Shown here: piece after piece, positions 50,701 through 60,760 of the stretch | Layout of the letters: every line of letters starts with the position of its first letter | How positions within the stretch are numbered: position 1 is the stretch's first letter | Assembly: GCA_965222605.1 (NCBI GenBank) | Contig: OZ244960.1 | Coordinates: 1,280,001 to 1,344,000, forward strand | From: Candidatus Latescibacterota bacterium | GTDB lineage: Bacteria; Latescibacterota; UBA2968 | Direction: 5' to 3' | Length of the DNA stretch: 64,000 bases | Made by a program: the position numbers and the translations under genes | Notes under the pieces: generated by a model | What the model saw: the letters and a program-made list of their open reading frames with translations, nothing else | The model's database searches: none | What the model was told of the DNA's origin: nothing

Positions 50701-51473
50701 ACGACGTGATCGACGTGACCGTGACCTTCAACGATGCGGTAACCGTCACCGGCGCGCCGCAGATCGACCTGACGACAGGTACTACCGTGCGCCAGGCGGA
50801 CTATAAAAGCGGCTCGACCACGACCCAACTCCTCTTCCAATCCACCGTGCAGGCTGACGACGAGGACACCGATGGCGCAACCATCAACGCCAACGGCCTC
50901 AAGCTCAACGGCGGTAGCATCCGCAAAAAGGATTCCACCATAAACGCGGACCTCGCGCACGACGCCCAGACCGATCAATCCGGCCACAGGGTCGATGGCG
51001 TTGTGCCGACGCTCATTGACGCGAAAGTGAAGGGCGACGCGTTGACGCTGAGCATTGTTCCCGCGCCCGATACGCATTTCTCAGGCGCAAACGCGATTGC
51101 GGCCTTCAACGCTGCGGGAGGGACGAGCTATACGGGTGCAAAGGTGCCGGTGGAGAACGCTGTTGGGGGATCGGGCAGCCAGGACGGTCACTGGCGAGAG
51201 TCCGTGCTCGACGACGAACTCATGACGCCCAGAATTAGCGATCGCGTTGCGCACCCGCTGAGCGCGATTACGATTCAGTCACTCGCCGATATAGGCTACC
51301 GCGTCAATGTCACGCAGGCCGACGCCTACACGGTGCCCGACCCATCTACGCGAGTGGCCACGGCGTCCGCGGGGGATTCGGTTCCGATCAGCTGTGCGAT
51401 CATAACCCACCCCGGCACCGGGCCGGATCGGCCTGAACCCATTGTCCTGAAGGTGAAGCCGGCAGGTAACTGA
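50686..51473 (+). pseudogene. B': frameshifted, internally deleted remnant of B's former C-terminus (Ig-like domain + M8 tail without HExxH)
   Basis: About 55-bp deletion relative to A/C at ~50686. GDALTLS joins directly to IVPAPDTHF at ~51050. Confidence 0.75.
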
Positions 51474-51492
51474 TGTTACGCACTGACACACT

Positions 51493-54400
51493 ATGGATTA
51501 TGCCAATATGAAACACCGCGTTAAAATTTTCCCACTCGCGCTCGGCATCGCCAGCGTATTGAGCCTTTTGCTCTTGGTATTTCCCCTATCCACCCAGACC
51601 AGTAGCTTTTCCCTGTCTCTGGACTTAGATAATTCCGAAGGCGACCAGGCAGTCTCCTCTCTCGATGTCTTTCCCAATCGCACGGTTCCCATTCAAATCT
51701 TCTGCACAGATATTGCGTCTGCAAGCGATATCTCCCTGCGCTTTGAATTTGATCCTGCTCAGGTTGCTTACGAAGGATTCAAGCGGGCAAATATCGTATC
51801 TGGTACCTCTGCGCTTACGGGCAAAGATTTTGCAAATATCGGGATAACGTTATCCAATAGTAATGCAACCAATAGCGGCCTTATAGGCACGATTCACTTT
51901 CGCACGACAGAGGCATTTTCAGGCACGGACATACTTTTGGTGCGTGCAAGGCTTGTGCGAGGAGGACAAACGGAGACCGTATCGATGGACCTGAGCATTA
52001 CCTTGCGGCTTGCTAAACCGCCTTCTCCAGACTTTGACAGGAATGGGACGGTGGGTATCCCCGACTTTTTGCTCTTTGTCGATACATTTGGGTCCGAAAG
52101 AGGTCAAGATACTTATGAGTCCAAATACGATCTGAATGTGGATGGCGAGATAGGGATCCCCGATTTTCTGATCTTTATCGATAGCTTCGGCAAAGTAGTC
52201 AACCGCGCACCGGTCTTCACCTCAGAGCCTCCTGTGACGCTCTCTGTGCCAGAGAACACGCCGTCGGGACAAGCAATAGGGGAGCCTATCTCTGCGACCG
52301 ATGGCGATGGCCATACGCTTACCTATCGCCTCAGCGGTGCCGATGCCGACAGTTTTGCCATTGAGGAGAGCACAGGGCAAATTCAGACGAAAGGGACGTA
52401 CAACTTTGAGCAGAAGGACAGCTATTCCCTCATCGTCTATGTTAGTGATGGCGAAGGTGGCGAAGCCAGCCTTGCTGCAGGTATTGCCATTACTGACATC
52501 GACGAACCTCCAGGACAGCCTGCCCCACCGAGTGTCTCGGCGATCGCTCCCACAACCCTGACGGTAATCTGGACAGAACCTTCCAACACGGGTCCTGAGA
52601 TCACCGACTACGATGTGCAATACCGACAAGCCGATAGTGATGTGTTCAAAGATGCGGATTATGACGGCACGGAACGGACGGTACGCCTGACGGAACTGTT
52701 TTCAAGCACGCGCTATGCGATACAGGTGCGGGCGACTAACGAAGAAGGCGCGAGTGAATGGTCTGAATCGAGTGAGTGGAGCACCTCTGCGCTGTCGCTA
52801 CCACCAGGAGGAGGCGGTACACCACCACCACGACCGCCTCCACGACCACCACCACGACCACCACCACGGCCTCCTCCACCTCCTCCACCTCCTCCACCTC
52901 AACCGCCGAGTAATAAGCCCCCGACCTTCGACGACGGCTCAAGCACCACGCGCAGCCTGGCCGAGAACACAACCGGGACCCACAACATCGGCAACCCCAT
53001 AAGAGCGACCGACCCGGAGGGTCGCACGGTGAGCTATAGCCTTACAGGTGGGGATACGGAGAGCTTCACCATCGATCCAAACATCGGCCAGCTCCGCACA
53101 CAGAACAGCGTGGATTACAACTATGAGGTACGCAATCGCTATTCGGTCAGGGTAGAAGCAGCGGACGAGCAGGGTGGCCGTGCCACCATCACAGTGACGA
53201 TTGACATAACTGATGACGACAACGAGCGGCCGGAAAGACCCGACAGGCCAGCGGTCACTACCTCGACGCTGAATAGTTTATCTATTCGATGGACGGAACC
53301 AACAAACACCGGTCCCGACATCAATGACTACGACGTGCAGTACAGGAAGGCCAGCGACTCGTTCGATGACTGGCCGCACAATGGACCCGGCACGAGTACG
53401 ACCATCACCAGCCTGGAGGCCAACACGTCCTATGAGGTGCGGGTACTGGCGCGCAGTCCCGAAGGACAGAGCGATTGGTCCGAATCCGTTACTGTGAGCA
53501 CTGTCGCCAATCAAGCTCCCACGTTTAATGAGGGTTCGCGCACCACGCGCAGGTTGGCGGAGAACACGACGGGCACGCAGGACATCGGCAACCCGATCAC
53601 CGCCGCCGACAGTGACGGGGGAACGCTGACCTATCGTCTTGAAGGCACGGACCAGGCCTCCTTTGCTCTCAATGACAACCAGCTTCAAACCAGAGCGAGC
53701 GAAACCTACGACTACGAAGAGAAGAACAGCTATGAGGTAACGGTGCGCGTAGAAGATGATCAGGGCGGCAGCAACACCATCGAGGTGACCATCAACCTGA
53801 TCAACCAACAGGAACCGCCCGAGACGCCAGACCCTCCCAGCGTCTCAGCGGCCTCTTCCACCAGCCTGGCTGTAACCTGGGATGAGCCAAACAATACCGG
53901 TCCCGACATCGACGACTACGACATCCAATACCGCGAAGGGGACAGCGGCGGCTTTACCTCCTGGAGACACAACAGCACGGACCTGACCGCGACCATCACC
54001 GGTCGGAGCCCGGGCACGAGCTATGAGGTGCAGGTGCGAGCGCACAACGACGAAGGCACGAGCGATTGGTCGCCGTCGGGCACGGGAAGCACCGACCCCA
54101 ACCAGCCGCCGGTCTTCACCGACGGGTCAAGCGCCGCGCGCAGCTTTGACGAGAACACCACCGGCGTGCAGGACATCGGCGATCCGGTGGGCGCCACCGA
54201 CCCGGAGAACACCGCGCTGACCTATAGCCTTGAAGGAACAGATGCGGATGCCTTCACCATCAACTCGCGCAGCGGTCAACTTCGGACCAAATCGGATCAG
54301 ACCTACGACTACGAGGCGCAGCCCCGCTACGTTCTGCGTATCAAAGCAACCGACGGGCATGGCGACGAGCGCACCATCACCGTTTTGATAAACCTGAACG

Positions 54401-57400
54401 ACGTCAACGAGCCGCCGGAGTTTACCAGTGACGCAACCTTCCAGACTGGGGAAAACAACCCGTCCATCGGCCGTGTGGAGGCGCGCGATCTCGATAACGC
54501 CGATGACATCACCGGCTACACCCTCACCGGCGGTGCTGACCGTGACCTGCTTGAGATCGACAGCGCCGGCGCACTGACCTTCAAAGATGCCCCCAACTTC
54601 GAGGATCCCACGGACAACGGCAGGAACAACACATACATCATCGTGGTCACGGTAACCGGCGGCGCGGGAGGCCGCGCCCTGGCCGCACAGCAGACCATCA
54701 CCGTCACCGTCACCGACGTGAACGAACCGCCCCGTTTCACCAGTGACGGTGCCCTGCGGGGCAAGGAAAACATCCGTTTTGTCGGCCGGATCGTCGCCGA
54801 GGACGTCGATAGCGACGACCACGTCACAGGCTACGAGGTCACCGGCTGGGCCGACCGGGACCGATTCGAGATCGCCAACACCGACGAGCTGCACTTCAAG
54901 GAGGCCCCCGACTGGGAGCGTCCGGCGGCCTCTCATAGCGGCAACCAGTACCTCGTCGCGGTCACGGCGACCAGCGGCACGGGGACGAGGGAGCGACGGG
55001 GGCAACAGGGGATAACCGTCATCGTGGAGAACGTCGACGAACCGCCGGGCAAGCCCGATCCGCCCACGGTGAGCGACGAAACCGAGAGCAGCCTGACCGT
55101 GACCTGGACCGAGCCGGCCAACACCGGTCCCGACATCGCGAACTACCACGTCCAGTACCGCATAGGCAGCAGCGGTGCGTTCACCGATTGGCCGGACACC
55201 GGCCCGTCCCTGACCCGCACGATCACCGGCCTGCGCTCGGGCCGAACCTACCAGATCCGGGTACAGGCGGAGAACGCAGAGGGCAAGGGCGCGTGGTCCA
55301 ATTCCGTCAACGGGACCACGCTCACCGCGCCGACGGTTTCGAGCGTCGCGTTCACCTCCACCCCGGCCTCCGGGCAGAACAACACCTACAAATTGAACGA
55401 CGTGATCGACGTGACCGTGACCTTCAATGATGCGGTAACCGTCACCGTCACACCTCAGATCGACCTGACGATAGGTACTACCGTGCGCCAGGCCGACTAT
55501 AAAAGCGGCTCGACCACGACCCAACTCCTCTTCCAATACACCGTGCAGGCTGACGACGAGGACGTCGATGGCGCAAGCATCAACGCCAACGGCCTCAAGC
55601 TCAACGGCGGGGGCATCCGCAAGAACAACTCCACCATAAACGCGGACCTCGCGCACGACGCGCAGACCGATCAATCCGGGCACAAGGTCGATGGCGTTGT
55701 CCCGGCGCTCACCGAAGCGGAAGTAGAGGGAGACGAGTTGGCGCTGTTGTACGGCGAGGTGCTCGACAGCAGTTCCCAACCGGCGACCGGCGATTTCGCG
55801 GTAGCGGTAGATAGCGAGGCACGGAGCGTCTCTGAGATTGCGATGAGCAGCAGTGAGGTGAAGCTCACCCTCGCCTCGGCCGTAACATCGGGCCAGGCGG
55901 TAAGACTGACCTACACGCCAGGGACCCATCCGATCCGCGACCCGGCGCAGAACCCGGCTATCGCCCTCACGAATCTGACGGTGGCAAACCTAACTCAGGA
56001 CCCGACCATCAATATCTGCAACCGCACCGCGCAGGTACGCGACGCGATCGTCGCGGCTGCGCCGGTAAGCACCTGCGGTGCTGTAACGGCGGACCATCTA
56101 TCCGCGATTACCGTCCTCGACCTGGATGGCAAGAGCACATCGACGCTGAAAGCCGGGGATTTTTCCGGGCTGACGGCACTGGAATCTCTCGACCTGTCTT
56201 GGAACAGACTCAACAGCCTGCCGCAGAATATCTTTTCCAACCTGTCGGCACTGGAAAAACTCAAACTGTATGGCAACCAACTCAGCAGCCTGAATGATGC
56301 GGATATCTTTTCCAGCCTGTCGGCATTGAAAAGTCTCGACCTGAGAGGGAACGGTCTTCGCAGCCTGGACGCGAATATCTTTTCCAGCCTGTCGGCACTG
56401 GAAGTACTCTATCTGGGAGATAGCAACATACTCAGCAGCCTGGACGCGGATATTTTTTCCAACCTGTCCGCACTGGAAGAGCTCTACTTGAACGACAACG
56501 ACCTCAGCAGTCTGGATGCGAATATCTTCTCCAACCTGTCGGCACTGAAAACACTCTGGCTGAATAGAAACGACCTCAGCAGTCTGGATGCGAATATGTT
56601 TTCCAGCCTGTCAGCACTGAAAACACTCTGGCTGAATAGGAACGACCTCAGCACCGTGGCTTCGGGTACGTTTTCGGGTCTGTCAGCACTTGAAACGCTT
56701 CGCCTGGACTACAACGACCTCAGCAGTCTGGATGCGAATATGTTTTCCAGCCTGTCAGCACTGAAAACACTCTGGCTGAATAGGAACGACCTCAGCACCG
56801 TGGCTTCGGGTGCGTTTTCGGGTCTGTCAGCACTGGAAACGCTCTATCTGGACGGAAACGATCTGCAACCAACCTCCCTGCCGGTGGGCGTTTTTTCCAG
56901 TTTGACGGCACTTGAAACGCTTCGCCTGGACGACAACCAACTCAGCAGTCTGCCGGCCGATTTCTTTTCCGGGCTGTCATCACTTCGAGAACTCTTTCTC
57001 AGCGGTCAACAATCCGGTCACAAACTCGGCAGTCTGGACGCGAACACATTTTCCGGTCTCACCGCGCTGACAAGGCTCCACCTGGACGGCAACAACCTCA
57101 GCAGTCTGCCCGACGGCGTTTTTTCCGGACTGACCGCGCTTGAAGCGCTCATACTGGCGGGCAATACAGTCGATCCCCTGCCCATTACTGTTTCGCTGGA
57201 ATCGCCTGGCAGCCGTATATTCAGGGCCAGAGCGCACACCGGCGCGCCTTTTGCAATGACCCTCCCGCTCCAGGTGGTCAATGGCACGATCGGCGGTGGC
57301 GCCAGCAGCATCGAGATTCCCCAGGGCAGCGTGGAAAGCCGCCTTCTCTTCGTTTCCCGCACCGCCGGTACCACCGCTGCCGTCACCGTCGATGTCGGCA

Positions 57401-59919
57401 CATTGCCGGACTTGCCCTCAAGCGACAACGGCTACGCGCTCGTCAAATCCACCGACTTGCCGCTGGTAGTGATAGAAGGGCTACCGGGTGTGACAGTTTA
57501 TCCGACGGCGTTGACCATACCGGAGGGCAACAGCGACTCGTACACAGTGGTACTGCAATTGCAACCGACCGAAGACGTGACGGTCACAGTGACCGTGCCG
57601 GGAGGTTCGGATGCTTCCGTGAACCCCGCGAGGCTGACGTTCACGGAGGACAATTGGGACGATTCGCAAACGGTAACGGTCACCACAAAGACGGACACGG
57701 ACGACGCGGATGACACGGTCACGCTGAGTCATGCAGTAAGCGGCGGGAACTACGAGGGCGTGACCGCGGATAACGTGAACGTGACCATTGCAGAGGTGGA
57801 TGTCAGCGCCAACAATCGGCCGGTCTTCACCAGTGACGATATCTTCGACAAAAAGGAAAACGAAACCGAGGTCGGCACGGTGGTTGCCACGGATGCCGAT
57901 GCCAGAGACCCTATCACCGGCTATGAGATTACCGGCGGCGGTGCCCAGGCGCAGTTCTCGATCACGAGTGGGGGCGTATTGACCTTTGCGACCGCCCCCG
58001 ACTATGAGCGGCCACCCGCCACCGCGAGCAATAACAAATATGTCGTCGTGGTCACGGCGAGCAGCGGCACGGGCAGCCGGGAACGGACAGCGACTCAGAC
58101 GATAACCGTCAATGTAGATGACGTAGATGAACCTCCTGGACGGCCGCCGGCGCCGATACTGAGGGTTTTCAGCATCGGCAGTGGATTCGAGCCGGTCGTC
58201 CTGGTGCACGAGGGCCGGACAGCGCCGGCGAATACGGGTCCTGACATCACGGCCTGGGACGTTCAGTATAACGTCAAGAACAGCGGCGCCTTCAGAGCCA
58301 CCATTTTGAACAAGCCACCGGATGTGGTGCAGGAAATCACGGGTTTATTCCGAAACACGACCTACGAGGTGCGGTTGCGGGCGAAGAACGACGAAGGGGA
58401 GAGCGAGTGGTCTCCTTCGTCCGAGGCGACGATCCCTAACGCCTCGCCGATAGCCAGCGGCAGCATTGACGATCTGACGATGCCCGCAGGGGGCGCCGTC
58501 GCGGTCGTGTTCGTGGATGACGCCTTCGATGATCCCGACGATTTTCGCCTGCGATATACCGCGACGTCGAGCAACGGCGCCATCGCGACCGTGCGGATGA
58601 TCGGTGGCGTGGTCCTGATCGATCCGCTATCCGCCGGTACTGCGACCATTACCGCAACGGCGACCGACCCCTGGGGCGCGAATGCCTCGACAACCTTCGA
58701 CGCGACTGTTCAGACGCCGACCCTGTCGACGCCCACCCTGAGCATCAGCGACAATGTTTTCTCATTCGGATTCACCGATGACTTCGCCGCCAACGAAACC
58801 CGGTATTACGACGTCAGAATCCGGCAAAAGTCGCCTGTCGGACGGTGGTCCGGGGCATGCATCCGCACCACGAACACGGCAGATTTCTCCCGGAACATCG
58901 CGGCGGCGCTGGATATCCTGGCCTCCAACTTCTTTGAGCCGGGCGCCACTTATGAAGCGGATTACGGATACCTGGGCGCCGATTGCGGCGGCAGCGTCGT
59001 GGGCGTTCGCTCCGCGCCTGCCGAAGCGACCACCGCCGGAACGCCTTCCTTCGATATCGACCTGGTCTTCGTCGGCAGCATCTCCTCGAGCTACCAGTTG
59101 GCGGTTGAAGCCGCCGCCCGGCGCTGGGAGCAGATCATCACGCACGACATCCCCCACCATTCCTTGTCCGATAACGCGCGCATTTTCTTGAACGAGCTTT
59201 ATCCGGAGAACGCCGCCCCCGACAACGTCGATGATCTGCTGATCTACGTGAAAATCGTACCCATCGACGGAGAAGGAGGCACACTCGGTCAAGCGGGATC
59301 GGATGTGTGGCGCATTTCGTCCGCCTTGCCGATCGTATCCTTCATAGAGCTTGACGCGGACGATCTGGATACATTGTCCGACCGACTACTGGCAGCCCTA
59401 ATGCTGCACGAGATGGGTCACACCCTGGGATACGGCCTTGAACCGTGGACAGATCACAATCTGCTGCAGAACCCATCCCTCGATGTGTATAACAACCGCA
59501 TTGTTCCCGCGCCCGATACGCATTTCTCAGGCGCAAACGCGATTGCGGCCTTCAACGCCGCAGGCGGTTCGAGCTACACGGGCGCGAAGGTGCCGGTGGA
59601 AAACACGCTTGGGGGATCGGGCAGCCGGGACAAGCACTGGCGTGAGTCCATCCTCGACAACGAACTCATGACGCCCAGAATCAGCGATCGCGTTGCGCAA
59701 TCGCTGAGCGCGATTACGATTCAGTCACTCGCCGATATAGGCTACCGCGTCGATGTCACGCAGGCCGACGCCTACATGGTGCCCGACCCATCGACGCGAG
59801 TGGCCACGGCGTCCGCGGGGGATTCGGTTCCGATCAGCTGTGCGATCATATCCCGCCCCGGCGCCGGACCCGATGAGCCTGAGCCTATCATCTTGAATCT
59901 ACAGCCTGCGGGTAACTAA
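51493..59919 (+). CDS. Gene C: intact full-length modular protein (cohesin-like, dockerin-like, cadherin/FN3, SwmB-like, LRR, M8-like metalloprotease)
   Basis: 2808-aa ORF; LRRs about 56.0-57.2 kb; HEMGH (59407-59421), HWRES, ELMT. Confidence 0.9.
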   Translation: MDYANMKHRVKIFPLALGIASVLSLLLLVFPLSTQTSSFSLSLDLDNSEGDQAVSSLDVFPNRTVPIQIFCTDIASASDISLRFEFDPAQVAYEGFKRANIVSGTSALTGKDFANIGITLSNSNATNSGLIGTIHFRTTEAFSGTDILLVRARLVRGGQTETVSMDLSITLRLAKPPSPDFDRNGTVGIPDFLLFVDTFGSERGQDTYESKYDLNVDGEIGIPDFLIFIDSFGKVVNRAPVFTSEPPVTLSVPENTPSGQAIGEPISATDGDGHTLTYRLSGADADSFAIEESTGQIQTKGTYNFEQKDSYSLIVYVSDGEGGEASLAAGIAITDIDEPPGQPAPPSVSAIAPTTLTVIWTEPSNTGPEITDYDVQYRQADSDVFKDADYDGTERTVRLTELFSSTRYAIQVRATNEEGASEWSESSEWSTSALSLPPGGGGTPPPRPPPRPPPRPPPRPPPPPPPPPPQPPSNKPPTFDDGSSTTRSLAENTTGTHNIGNPIRATDPEGRTVSYSLTGGDTESFTIDPNIGQLRTQNSVDYNYEVRNRYSVRVEAADEQGGRATITVTIDITDDDNERPERPDRPAVTTSTLNSLSIRWTEPTNTGPDINDYDVQYRKASDSFDDWPHNGPGTSTTITSLEANTSYEVRVLARSPEGQSDWSESVTVSTVANQAPTFNEGSRTTRRLAENTTGTQDIGNPITAADSDGGTLTYRLEGTDQASFALNDNQLQTRASETYDYEEKNSYEVTVRVEDDQGGSNTIEVTINLINQQEPPETPDPPSVSAASSTSLAVTWDEPNNTGPDIDDYDIQYREGDSGGFTSWRHNSTDLTATITGRSPGTSYEVQVRAHNDEGTSDWSPSGTGSTDPNQPPVFTDGSSAARSFDENTTGVQDIGDPVGATDPENTALTYSLEGTDADAFTINSRSGQLRTKSDQTYDYEAQPRYVLRIKATDGHGDERTITVLINLNDVNEPPEFTSDATFQTGENNPSIGRVEARDLDNADDITGYTLTGGADRDLLEIDSAGALTFKDAPNFEDPTDNGRNNTYIIVVTVTGGAGGRALAAQQTITVTVTDVNEPPRFTSDGALRGKENIRFVGRIVAEDVDSDDHVTGYEVTGWADRDRFEIANTDELHFKEAPDWERPAASHSGNQYLVAVTATSGTGTRERRGQQGITVIVENVDEPPGKPDPPTVSDETESSLTVTWTEPANTGPDIANYHVQYRIGSSGAFTDWPDTGPSLTRTITGLRSGRTYQIRVQAENAEGKGAWSNSVNGTTLTAPTVSSVAFTSTPASGQNNTYKLNDVIDVTVTFNDAVTVTVTPQIDLTIGTTVRQADYKSGSTTTQLLFQYTVQADDEDVDGASINANGLKLNGGGIRKNNSTINADLAHDAQTDQSGHKVDGVVPALTEAEVEGDELALLYGEVLDSSSQPATGDFAVAVDSEARSVSEIAMSSSEVKLTLASAVTSGQAVRLTYTPGTHPIRDPAQNPAIALTNLTVANLTQDPTINICNRTAQVRDAIVAAAPVSTCGAVTADHLSAITVLDLDGKSTSTLKAGDFSGLTALESLDLSWNRLNSLPQNIFSNLSALEKLKLYGNQLSSLNDADIFSSLSALKSLDLRGNGLRSLDANIFSSLSALEVLYLGDSNILSSLDADIFSNLSALEELYLNDNDLSSLDANIFSNLSALKTLWLNRNDLSSLDANMFSSLSALKTLWLNRNDLSTVASGTFSGLSALETLRLDYNDLSSLDANMFSSLSALKTLWLNRNDLSTVASGAFSGLSALETLYLDGNDLQPTSLPVGVFSSLTALETLRLDDNQLSSLPADFFSGLSSLRELFLSGQQSGHKLGSLDANTFSGLTALTRLHLDGNNLSSLPDGVFSGLTALEALILAGNTVDPLPITVSLESPGSRIFRARAHTGAPFAMTLPLQVVNGTIGGGASSIEIPQGSVESRLLFVSRTAGTTAAVTVDVGTLPDLPSSDNGYALVKSTDLPLVVIEGLPGVTVYPTALTIPEGNSDSYTVVLQLQPTEDVTVTVTVPGGSDASVNPARLTFTEDNWDDSQTVTVTTKTDTDDADDTVTLSHAVSGGNYEGVTADNVNVTIAEVDVSANNRPVFTSDDIFDKKENETEVGTVVATDADARDPITGYEITGGGAQAQFSITSGGVLTFATAPDYERPPATASNNKYVVVVTASSGTGSRERTATQTITVNVDDVDEPPGRPPAPILRVFSIGSGFEPVVLVHEGRTAPANTGPDITAWDVQYNVKNSGAFRATILNKPPDVVQEITGLFRNTTYEVRLRAKNDEGESEWSPSSEATIPNASPIASGSIDDLTMPAGGAVAVVFVDDAFDDPDDFRLRYTATSSNGAIATVRMIGGVVLIDPLSAGTATITATATDPWGANASTTFDATVQTPTLSTPTLSISDNVFSFGFTDDFAANETRYYDVRIRQKSPVGRWSGACIRTTNTADFSRNIAAALDILASNFFEPGATYEADYGYLGADCGGSVVGVRSAPAEATTAGTPSFDIDLVFVGSISSSYQLAVEAAARRWEQIITHDIPHHSLSDNARIFLNELYPENAAPDNVDDLLIYVKIVPIDGEGGTLGQAGSDVWRISSALPIVSFIELDADDLDTLSDRLLAALMLHEMGHTLGYGLEPWTDHNLLQNPSLDVYNNRIVPAPDTHFSGANAIAAFNAAGGSSYTGAKVPVENTLGGSGSRDKHWRESILDNELMTPRISDRVAQSLSAITIQSLADIGYRVDVTQADAYMVPDPSTRVATASAGDSVPISCAIISRPGAGPDEPEPIILNLQPAGN
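56569..56856 (+). repeat. 144-bp (two-LRR) tandem duplication in gene C
   Basis: NDLSSLDANMFSSLSALKTLWLNRNDLSTVASG(T/A)FSGLSALETL twice. Confidence 0.85.
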
Positions 59920-59938
59920 TGTTGCGCACTGACACACT

Positions 59939-60736
59939 ATGGATTATACCAATATGAAACACCACATTAAAATATTCCCGCTCGCGCTCGGCACCTTCGG
60001 CTTGCTGAGCCTGATACTCTTATTTGCCCCGTGGTCTCTTTTTTCCCAAAATAGCAGCCCGCCATCCCCGGACTTTAATGACAATGGGACGGTTGATATC
60101 CCCGACTTTTTGCTCTTTGTCGATGCGTTTGGGTCTCAGGAAGGCCGGGAAAAGTATGATGCAAAATACGATCTGGACGGTAATGGCGAGATAGGGATTC
60201 CCGATTTTCTGATCTTTGTCGATAACTTCGGCGAAGTAGTAAAGCGCCTGCCGCCCACCTGCATGCCAACCTCAGGCCACCTGCACCCCAAAGTGACCCT
60301 GTCAGACAGAGCCGGGCAATACCAGCTAACGCTTGTAGAGGTTGTCAACGGCACCGACGCCCGCTCCGCACAGGGCACGCTTACCCTGCGCCAGCAACCA
60401 TCGGGACTCGAATCGCTGGGCAGTGCAGCGACACCATTGTACGGATTTACAAACGTGAATCTCCGCGCAGTTGGTGCTTATGAAGTCGGCGATCCCGATA
60501 GTGAAGACCCACAGGCACCGGGCGTTCTCGTGCTCGAAAGCGATCGCGATGGCACACGCCGCATATTGTTGCGCCTCGGCGCAGACGCCAATCGACGAGA
60601 CGACATGCTCTTCGACGGAGCCTATACGGTACTGGAAGTGCGGGAAATTGCCGCTGACGGTTTTGCAGGCACCTGGCGTAGCGGCCTGCGATTATCGCGT
60701 ATCGAAGGCTACTTTTGCGCGAGAAGAGAATTCTAA
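59939..60736 (+). CDS. Gene D: signal peptide + dockerin-like pair + unrecognised beta-rich domain
   Basis: Same signal-peptide family; DFNDNGTVDIPDF/DLDGNGEIGIPDF; no cohesin-like domain. Confidence 0.85.
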   Translation: MDYTNMKHHIKIFPLALGTFGLLSLILLFAPWSLFSQNSSPPSPDFNDNGTVDIPDFLLFVDAFGSQEGREKYDAKYDLDGNGEIGIPDFLIFVDNFGEVVKRLPPTCMPTSGHLHPKVTLSDRAGQYQLTLVEVVNGTDARSAQGTLTLRQQPSGLESLGSAATPLYGFTNVNLRAVGAYEVGDPDSEDPQAPGVLVLESDRDGTRRILLRLGADANRRDDMLFDGAYTVLEVREIAADGFAGTWRSGLRLSRIEGYFCARREF

Positions 60737-60760
60737 GAACAACTTGAAAGTAAGGAATCT

